A stretch of DNA of 64,000 nt. It comes from Octopus bimaculoides. Lineage: Eukaryota. The position numbers and the translations under genes are program-made. Numbering within the stretch: position 1 is the first letter of the stretch; every line of letters starts with the position of its first letter. Of this stretch, positions 53,891 through 64,000 are shown piece by piece. The stretch spans positions 50,908,508 to 50,972,507 of the forward strand of contig NC_068989.1 of the NCBI RefSeq assembly GCF_001194135.2, given 5' to 3'. The notes beneath the pieces are model-generated. The model saw nothing but the letters and a program-made list of their open reading frames with translations, ran no database searches and was not told the origin of the DNA.

Positions 53891-54936
53891 TCTAAAATAT
53901 ATAGCTTTTTCACAAGGATACGATGCGTCTCCATATCCAGAGAATCTGATGCGACGTTTCTTTACACTAAAGTATTGGTATATGAAATCAGTGCAAATAT
54001 ACGGAAATACAGATTTGCTTTGATAAAAGGACCTAAGTCTTGTAACACTGAACCCTACTAGCCGATTTTAACAAAAGCTCTAAATGAAACTCAGTATCTC
54101 ATACCAATAATCTTGTACTTTATAACGTTGAAAATATGAAAAAGAGAACAGATGACCTAATTGTAGCAAACACCTTAAGGGTACAGATCACAATGAAATT
54201 AACTTGATCTGATTTCATTTACTTTCTGTTTATCAGCACATGAGTAATGTGTTTTACGTACGAAATTTGAGATGACAAGAATCTCTGTATGAGGCGGTAT
54301 GTAAGTAGCTTCATATCTTATGCGGATTCTTTTATAACTATCGCATTTAGTGGCATAGTTAAATTTCTAGAATGCGTTGTGTAGGCTCCAGCTCTTCTCT
54401 GCTAGATATAGTGAAAAGTATGAAAAACAAAATAACATAAAAAAACGGAAATATAACTGAATGATATCAACGATAATTCACATAGCGAAAATGGAAGATA
54501 ATGCATGAATTTTAAGCAAAGGAAGAAAGACAGATAGAAATAAAATGAAAAATAATGGAAACAAGGAAGAACAATTTATATAATAAATATGTGGATAAAT
54601 TGAAATGAACGGATCTGAACGAAAATAAATAAATCGTATAATGAAATACTGGAAAATTGTAGAAAATGGAATGAGTTGTGAGAAACATTAATTAAGCCCG
54701 AACAAATACAAAAGAGACAAAAAAAAATTAAGAAATACTAGTATTAGTATTAATATTACTAGTAATAATAATTAGTATTATCATACTAATATTATTAATA
54801 ATAATCATAATACTAACATAGCATAACAGAACAGCAAAAATAAATAGATACAAGTTCCATTTATAATGGAATGATAGTTTGGTTAAAAAAGGTTTAATCA
54901 TGCAGTGTCCAACTGTATGAACTTCGGTAATTCACT

Positions 54937-55842
54937 TCAAGCCATATTATTACAAGTTCCACAAGTCATTTCAAATTATCAAGAAAACATAAAGACATTT
55001 TGTAATATGATTTCGTGAGGATTTCGATTAAACAAATTTTAAATAAGGAAAAAATAACAAAAAGGAACAAGGTAGCCAAACGAACGAAAGTAACTTCCTT
55101 GTAGCAATTTTAATATATCATTTTACTTGTTTTTGAGAATGCAGAATTACAGAGGGTAATTTGATATGTCACCTTAATATAGAATTGCTGTTTTAAGGGA
55201 ACACTTTGCAGAACCCTCACATACAAGAAAAGATGTTATATTTAGATTGAACTTGCAGAAATTTAATTACTGGCTGCCAAAATTTAGTTTCATTTCGAAA
55301 ACTGTCGCTGCAGGTGAATTTTCTAATTAAAAGAAAACATTAAGAGTCAAAAACGCCGAACTCTTATTTAATATCACCTGTATGCTGTTAGTATTCTTGT
55401 GCCATGTCATACCCTACAGCATTTCTAAAGCACTGTACGAGATGGGTTTAGTGTGAAATCAAGTAAAGTATCAATTTTTAACAGCCTGTTTCCATGGAAA
55501 CGTAAAATAAGTAATTCATGTGCAAAGACGTGTACCTGTTTCGAGTTTGAAACTTTGATATTTACGTATCATTGGATCGGCCCAGTAGCTTTAACTTGAC
55601 ATTCTTCTTATGAACAGAATATTAAAATATGAAGTAAGAGAATATAATTTAGATATATTCTCAGAATTGCACATAAAGACGTTGGATCGGGACTAACAAC
55701 AGCATTACATACAAACAACTAAACACGTTAATTATAAATACAAAGCGCTGTTTCATAATATTACAGATTCTCAAGCCATATTATTACCAGTTCCACAAGT
55801 CATTTCAAATTATCAAGAAAGCATAAAGACATTTTGTAATAT
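54937..55842. repeat. 72-bp direct repeat pair (54937-55008, 55771-55842)
   Basis: Two mismatches in 72 bp. Confidence 0.9.
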
Positions 55843-56577
55843 TTCTCTTATGCATAACATTTTGATCGGTCTGTTTTACCGACATAAGTTTGACTATTGT
55901 TATGTTACGTTGGCAATAAAATCTAAAATACCGTAAATGACAGTAACGAGTGAATGAAGGCAGATTTTACATGGCCTATTAATGTTATAATGCAATAGAA
56001 ACACCAGAAATGTCTCTCGAATTATACATTGACCAACTCAGAAAGTACGAAATAAATGTACATATTTCTAGTAATTATATATCTGATCTCATATGAATAG
56101 AGGTCAAGCCGTCCTGAAAGGCGTCCGATATAGAACACTGGAACGACAATGTATGAACATGCAAACACCAACTAACTGCAAAACCAAACTTGTGAACACT
56201 ATATTTTTCTGATGTCATCTTTAATAATTCCGAGATGAGGCAAACATCTATATATATATCATTACAAATATTGAATATATACCTGAGTAAATTTTGAAAT
56301 CATTAACTTGTATATGTTTATATAAAACCTCAATTCGAAACATATATTGATACACACACAAACACACACACACACACACACAAACATACACACACATGCG
56401 AATGTTTACATCTACAGAGGGAGCAGAAATACACAGACACATAAAATGTCAACGTCCTAATATATTTCCAGGAATAATATAGTCATGTAAATATATTTTA
56501 AGTCCTTTCATGCTACCCACTCCTAGTTCTTAGGGATTTTCCTTGTTAAGAATTTCACAGTCTACATACACTTAAGC

Positions 56578-56870
56578 ATTTGATTTGAACTGATTGATCA
56601 CCCTCCATATTCAACCGATATGGACCCATCTCACTAACATGTGTTCTCCGAAATGAAAATGAAAAATTCGGCTGGGAACCAGTATCACAGTCATCATGAT
56701 GTCATATCCGCTGTTGATGACGTTTTGACCAACAAGATGAACCCCGCTCCACCAATAGTATCCAAGCACTGCAACACCAATGGAAGAAGTGTGTGGTCTG
56801 CAACGGGAACTATGATGAAAAATAAACCTCGGTTTCTCACATTCTATGAGAGAAACCTTGTCAGCCTATC
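56578..56870 (+). mobile_element. mariner 3' fragment
   Basis: ELIDHPPYSTDMDPS...QALQHQWKKCVVCNGNYDEK* (YSPDL motif and mariner C-terminus). Confidence 0.85.
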
Positions 56871-59800
56871 ATGTGTTATTATACATATCTAAAAAGGCCA
56901 AATCGCACAAGTGTTCGCTGTTATGTTACATTTGGAAGTTTAGGAATTGGAGTTAGTTTATCAAATCGACATCCTTGCCGCCGATCCTGATTATTGATCT
57001 CTATCTACTTTTCGATATTTAGAACTGTTACACAGACGCTGAAAGCGAGTAGCATCGAGTCGATCGAGTCTTCGCCTTTAGTGCTTGAGATTTGCAAATA
57101 AGAAATAAATTTACATTTCAATTTTAAATATTGAGTTTTCCATAATTATTTTCACTAATCTTCATACCGTTCATCACTTAGATATCACCCGTGATCTCCT
57201 CCCGGCATGAACATATTCTCATTCCTATGGAAATAACCATGGTACTTCATAGTGTACCGGTAGATACACTATTCGTCGTAGAAAGCCCAGAGGTTTAGTT
57301 AGAAGTATTATGCAAATGATTTACGCTATATCTGTAGTCAATGGTCTACTTTAGATAGCACTTAGCATATTATAACTTCTTATAAATTGTAAAATAAACC
57401 AGGGTTAACTATCCCAAGATTTTCTACAATTATTAGTATGATACAGAATACTCATCTCCGCATCTATTCCTACGCTGCAATATTTATACCAGGCATCTGT
57501 GAAAACCACTAACGAATCACCGCTAGGTGTTTAATTCAATACTGTCCACATTCCTGCTAGTATATAAAATCTTAGTACTGCAACTTATAAACGGTATATG
57601 TTCTATATTCTTTTAGACTTGTGACATTTTTCTGACACGACCTTATATTTCAAAATATGTCGGTAATTTTCTTTAATTTCCACTGTGTATAGTTGTTTCC
57701 AAATCATAGCAGCCCTCTCCAATTCAAATGTTTTTGTACATACTGAAAATTATATATCTCTATACCTTCATCTACTTATAGATTGGTACCCTTACTTGTA
57801 TAAATAATTTTGGAAAATATTTATGACAACTGTGTTACAGGTCTGTATGGAAGACATATATATATATTGGATATTAAGTATCGAATTTATCTTCTCTATG
57901 GTTATGTAGAATTGACGCTTTGTTTCAAGCAATGCTCTTAATAATTTTTCGTTCTTAAACCTGTAGGAAAATATTTTGCTGCTTTTAAAGTTTCCCTTGG
58001 CTTTTTCTCGTTTATGTTTCTTTTATTTTGTTTCATTTTCTGAGGAGCAGTTTCTCAAATATCCCATCAACATATTGTGTGTACATTTGTAGTTTGTTAG
58101 CATTCTTTTTTAATTTTCAAAACTAAAAGAATGCTACTATTAAACAATATTTCCTACTTACCCGAATTTCTTTATTGTGTTAGTTCGTATATTGGATTTT
58201 ACTTATGCGATTACTATTTTAAAACTTTCTGCATAATTTGGTTATTACCAACTCGGAGACTGGAGCTCGCCTCCTTATTAGATGTATTTTTCATTCAGAC
58301 AGTTTGTCTCCACTTTCTAACACAAACGTTCAGACATAAGGTATACAGCTCACATTGCTTATATAAATGTTTTCGGTTCTCATCGTATTTCTTTGTAGAG
58401 AAAATTGCCGGCTTATTCACTTTGCTGATATAGTTGTTCGTGATTAGCATAGCCCTTCATGAAATTTTAATTTAAACATATTGCTATTGGTTTGCAGATT
58501 CCGATTTACATCGTCTACTGATCCTACATATAAAAATACAACAAATACTGTTAAGTGGAATAACTTGTCGCAAACAATAAATGGCAAAGCTTCTATAGAT
58601 ATGTTCATCAGCAGCTTTAGCTGTGTCCTGTTCCGTACGGTTACAAACGAATACATGTCTTCTTTGCAAATGTCCCCTTCTTACATTTTTATGACTCGTA
58701 TCAACACTAAACTTCAGAATTTTTCCTGTGATGTGGCAATAGAAATTTGTTGCGAATCGGTTTTATGTTCTTTCTTAAAAAACAAATAACAAAGTGAATT
58801 TTGCCCATGTAAAAGGCATGATTTTCCTGGCAGCATTTAAAATGAGACACTAAATAAAATTGGGGTTGCTGTCAATTGTCGCTTAGTTTAATATTACCGT
58901 CTCATTTCTGATAATTTCACTGGAATCCACATTTGAAGGTATAGGTTCCAGAACTTGTGTATCAGTATAATTTAACGTTTCGTCATTAGACCTTTCAAAT
59001 GGGAACAGGTGACATATTAAACAATATATGATAAAAATAATATTAAAAGCATTACAGTAAGACAATTTCTCTTCTCAGAAATGAATTTTATAGTAAGTTT
59101 ATTCATGCATCAGTATACATGTGTCTTCATATAGCTTTTACAGTAAAATGTTTTTATGAGGTACAATATTTCTTGTAGAGGTTTTTTTCAGTTACTCAAT
59201 TCATAAATACCATTGTCGTTCATTATATAATCGATGCTATATTAAAGGGATAAAAAAATCCGAGGATTGGCACATAAAACTGATACATAAATATGTATGT
59301 GTTCGTTCACACGAATGTATATGTATATAGATATATTTCCCCGAAAGATATGGAGGAAATTTTTCTTATTATTTTCAGAATCGTAAATGCATAATTAATT
59401 TCCTTTGTTGAAAAACTAGAAATATTGAAATTCGTAGCCGTTAGGATAATTAGTTCCCAAACAGCAAACAATAGCTTTCGTAAATGCTCAACAACTGATT
59501 GTAGCGAATGCTCAGTGTAAAACCAGTTGTAATCTACTCAAGCATTGAAATAAAACTAAATCTAAATGATTTGATACGAAACCGTCTATAAAAATGGAAT
59601 AAATTCTAATTGAAATATTGTGAGGAACTCGCATGACGTGTAGATTTTTATGCTAAGTATGTAGATATTAACTATACACAATTCAGTGTACATTATGTCA
59701 AGTGTCCACTACTTCTTAACAGCAGTAACTTTAGACACGGGCACCCGTGAAAAGCTAAATATATTTTCGAATCTTGTTAAATGGGATGATCACCTTTATT

Positions 59801-60759
59801 ACATGCAAAATACTAAATCTATCACCAGAATTCAGGCATGAGCTGAAGCAAATCGAATTTATGCAAACAAGTTTTAGATGTGTCCAGGGATACGTTTATA
59901 TATGTATCTTCAGATTCTTTTCCTTAAAGTAAAGTTGGGGATTACTGCACGAGTTAAAATATAAAGAAGATAATCTGAACACACAGGAGTCTTTTAAAGT
60001 ATTTATTAACTAAACCGGTTTCCATTATTAAAAAATATTTCCAAAAGTATGGTATGGTGTTTCTGTGTATCCTCTCCGGTGTCAAAAATTAGTTTACATA
60101 AATGTATACAAATCAAGTGATAGAGTCTTTGACAACGATAAGAAAAAGTTTGAAAATTTTGCATATCTTCTGTTTATCAGTCAAATAATAATTTACATAA
60201 AAACATTCAGTTCAGGTGATAAAAATGTTTACCATGATAAGAATATAAAAATTAGTTTACATAAATATATCTATATCAAGTTATAGAGTTTCTGTCAAGA
60301 AGATAAAACGTGTCTGGTTTGCCAATCTGTGGGTGCTAACGTTTCAGCCTCTCTGTGATCAGAAACCACATATTTTTTGCAGCATCTTAAATTGAAAAAA
60401 GGTGAATAGAGAAATAACATATGATTTAGGGTTCTCGGATCTGTCTATAGGGTCTTGCATCTGGATAGAATTTGACAATTTCGAGTATTTTATACAGAAA
60501 TGGTGACTCAAATAATACAGTGTTTTGTTGATGGCAGTCATGTGATTAAAAGATGGTTTTGCTTTTAAAATATTGTGGCTTAGAATTGCTTTTCCTTTAA
60601 AAAGTAGCTCACGATTGTTTGATTTCTAATTGTGGAGCTAAGAAAAGCTTGTTTGGCGAGCTGGTTCTATTAAGGTTCAGTAGTTTTAGCTTGGGTTTTG
60701 GGGTTTATATGTATGACTCATAAGTAAAGAATAGCGTGTATTTGCGTCTAATTGCATGT

Positions 60760-61975
60760 GTGTATGGATGTGTGTGTGTGTGATTTTCTGAGAAATACGA
60801 ATAGCGGTTTATGTGCGAGTGTGCATGTGTGAAAATGTGTGCCTGTATATGTGTGTTTTATTTGTGCGTGTGTGTACGTGTGTCTCAACGTATTTGTGCG
60901 CGTATGTGTGCACGCGCGCGTGTGTGTGAGTATGTGCGCGTTGAGGTTGTCAGGGTACTGTGTGCGAACGTGTGTATGCATGTGTGTATATGCCTATGTA
61001 TGAGTGTGTTATATTTTAAATATTGGTGTGTCTATGTGTGTACGTGCGTATGCATGTGTATGTGTGTGTGTTATATTTGTGAGGGTGCTGTGTGTGTACC
61101 TGATGTGCATGTGTGTGTGTGTGTGATACGCTTGTCGGGTGGTGTGCATATGTGCATGTGTCCGTTTATGTTGCGTTTCTTAGGTCATATCTGTACGCAT
61201 GTGTATGTGTGTGTGTCGCGTTCATCAAGGTGGTGTGTGCGTGGACGCGGGTATCTGTGTATGTGTGTTATAATTGTCCACGCGCGTGTGTGTATGTGTG
61301 TAAGTGAGTATGCATGTGCATGTATGTGTGTTTTTGTATTTATCGGGGCGGTGTGTGTGTGCATATGTGTGCTATATTTGTCGGAGCGGTTTGTGTGTAT
61401 ACGTGTGCATGTGTGTGAGTTATATTTGTCAGAGCTGTGTGTGTACGTGTGTGTGCGTGTGTATGTGTGCCTGTTGTGTTTGTGAGAGTGGGGTGTGTGT
61501 AAGTGTGTACGTGTAGGTCCTTGTGTACGTGTACGTCCTTGTGTATGTGTACGTCCTTGTGTACGTGTACGTCCTTGTGTAAGTGTATATATATTTGTGC
61601 CTGTGTTTGTTGTGATTGTTGAACTGTATTTCGTGTGTATGTGTGTGTGTTTTTTCTGGGAATGTGGGCGTTCTTTCTGGAAATGGGTATATTCTATTTG
61701 TTTGTGTGTGTGTGCGTATGCTTGTGTGTGTGAGCGTAGCTTTTGTTGTATTTGTGTGTGTGCGTATCTGCATATGTGTCTGAGTGTGTGCCTGTACGGG
61801 TGCGAGTATNNNNNNNNNNTCTGCATATGTGTCTGAGTGTGTGCCTGTACGGGTGCGAGTATATATGTGTATATATGAGTGTATTTGTGTGTGTTAGTTG
61901 TGGATGTATGTTCCTGGGAGATAGAGATATTGTGTTTATGTGTGAATGTGTGTAGGAGGTGTGCGTGTGTGTGTG
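60760..61975. repeat. cryptic degenerate (GT)n field containing an 18-bp minisatellite
   Basis: Direct; GTGTACGTGTACGTCCTT x4 at 61505-61576. Confidence 0.9.
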
Positions 61976-62766
61976 TAGGAATTAAATTATGGCCTACTTG
62001 TTCCGACACCACTCGAGAATCCATGTATATTTTTTAAGGATATTAGAGTATTTTTAACTGTAGTCCGTATTTTCAAATAAAAATATCTTTATTTAATTGT
62101 GTTTGGTCAGTGGTACTCCAGTTGGAGCAAAAATAGTTTGAAGATTTGATCTATTTCAGCATCCAGAAGGCGTAGCGACACATTGCCTGGCCCTCCTTGT
62201 TTCTGAAATGGTAAACTTTCAAAAGTGAATAAAATATAATGGAATGAGAGACGTCAATCAACTAACGTGCAAGGATAATGATTTAAAGAAAGTTAGGCGA
62301 TAGTGGTTCTTATTGAACATTTATTAAAGCCTGAAAGAATGAAAAAAAAAAAAAACTTAAAATGGGAGAAAGATTCTATATGTTCATTCCACAAACAAGT
62401 GTTCGTTGATAAGTTTTACTCATAATCAAAATAATATTAATTGATTTATTAATTGATTAGAATTGGAGAATGCGTGTCAATTTTACTGTTATCTTCGAAA
62501 ACCTAAGTTTTCCCGGGTTAGTAAGCAAGCTTATTTTAAACATGATGCATCTCTCTCTCCCTTACTTACTCAATATCTATCTATCTATGTATCTGTCTGC
62601 TTGTCTGTCTGCTTGTCTGTCTGTCTGTCTGTCTGTCCAATTGTCAGTCTGTCTGCCTGTTTATACGTGTGTTACACATATATATATATATATATCTGTT
62701 AGTCTACAGTAGTACATATATTATATACACAAGTAAATACTTCTATCAACATATGTATCCATGAAG

Positions 62767-62767
<1 letters not shown>

Positions 62768-62828
<61 letters not shown>
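62768..62828. repeat. (GT)n microsatellite
   Basis: Direct. Confidence 0.95.
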
Positions 62829-62829
<1 letters not shown>

Positions 62830-63212
62830 CGTATGGGCTGTTTCCTTATAATTTACTATAATTGTACTAATTCTGCTTACTTATCGTATTTACGAAAATA
62901 TTGTCACTTTCCTATTTAATAGCATATAGAAGTCCACCAATGTATATAGATATAAATATGAATTTTTTACACTGAGTAGACTGATTATATTTGTTGTCGG
63001 AACATATATGTTTTCATAGGGATTTTAAAATTATTCCGTTTTCTTTTTTACAGTTCCGTTGAGCTGTATGGATGAATATAAACTTTTGTCCTTTCGAACG
63101 GATCTATATTATGTCTGGTTTTATTTGCAATTCGGTTTGTTGGATCTGCTTTACCAATATTTCTAACAGATATACGTTTCTATGTATCAAACAAGAAAAT
63201 GATTCTCTATAT

Positions 63213-63560
63213 CCGTGGCTCCCAACATGTGTCCGTCTACCTCGTGTGGTCTGCAACTATAGGACTGGCGTCCGTGGACCAAATTCAAAACTTCATATAT
63301 ATATATATGTATGTATGTATGTATTACACGTGTATAAGGGATGTCCACCTAGTGGTCATCCCTTATACACGTGTAATACAATTTGTTCAGAATTTTCAGA
63401 TTTTTATATGNNNNNNNNNNTATAGGACTGGCGTCCGTGGACCAAATTCAAAACTTCATATATATATATATGTGTATATACATACACAAGGATAGGCATA
63501 TTAGAAGTGGTCCGTGGAAAAAAAAGAGGTACTTGGTAGTGAAAACGTTGGGAACCACTG
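63213..63560. mobile_element. non-autonomous hAT (Charlie-type) MITE
   Basis: TIRs CCGTGGCTCCCAAC / GTTGGGAACCACTG; 8-bp TSD CTCTATAT / CCCTATAT (7/8 match). Confidence 0.85.
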
Positions 63561-64000
63561 CCCTATATGAAATGAGTATTCGCATGCGATTAGTAATGGC
63601 ATGTAATGTGCCGCTCTGGATCCCATGTTCAAATATTGTACAGAAGTATGGCATAGACCACATTGTCAGCTGTAATCTAGGTCTGTAAATGTTTCAGGCT
63701 TCTTTTGTTAATTGGGCAGATTGTAACTATCAGCTGCTTCTAGTTCCACATTAAAAAAATATACAAAATGTAAGTTAAACATGTCCAAGGTGGTATAATT
63801 TCTGCTACTGTTAGTGTCATCACAAAGTGTAAAGCAGGCACAGGCTTTGTGCCTTGGGTATACGGCGTAATTAAATTCCAAATATGTGTACAGGTACCTA
63901 CTTCAGAAGATTTTTTCGTTCCCTTGATCATTGGAAAATCAGAATTTCGTCATGAGATCGATAATGATTAGTTTGTTGTTATCATCTCATTTGGCCACGT

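Noticed and set aside
58540-58830. Possible piggyBac cysteine-rich domain relic
   Set aside because: Only scattered Cys motifs with many stops; no TTAA-CCC terminus was found nearby.

Overview
AT-rich, repeat-dense animal genomic DNA from a fragmented short-read assembly: 17 N-gaps totalling about 4.4 kb, most flanked by (TA)n or other microsatellites. The SINE families and microsatellite load resemble an octopus/cephalopod genome, but this rests on my recall of such repeats, not on a search. There is no prokaryotic gene, CRISPR array, rRNA or intact tRNA. Nearly all listed ORFs are microsatellite or gap artefacts; the real ones are decayed transposons. These are a Helitron helicase relic, seven R4/Dong-type RLE non-LTR fragments (most adjoining (TAA)n), two Penelope-like (Naiad-like) fragments, RTE and CR1/L2 LINE fragments, five mariners, two maT/DD37D copies, one Tc1, one hAT MITE with TSD, and several tRNA-derived SINE families. 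No host gene could be named, but a phase-consistent cluster of small minus-strand exons at 28.0-28.6 kb may be a gene's 3' end. The most interesting leads are a tRNA-Arg-headed SINE ending in a Penelope-type minimal hammerhead-ribozyme relic, stacking of RLE retroelements and SINEs on shared (TAA)n tracts, the exon cluster, and a 61-nt near-perfect hairpin inside the hAT MITE.
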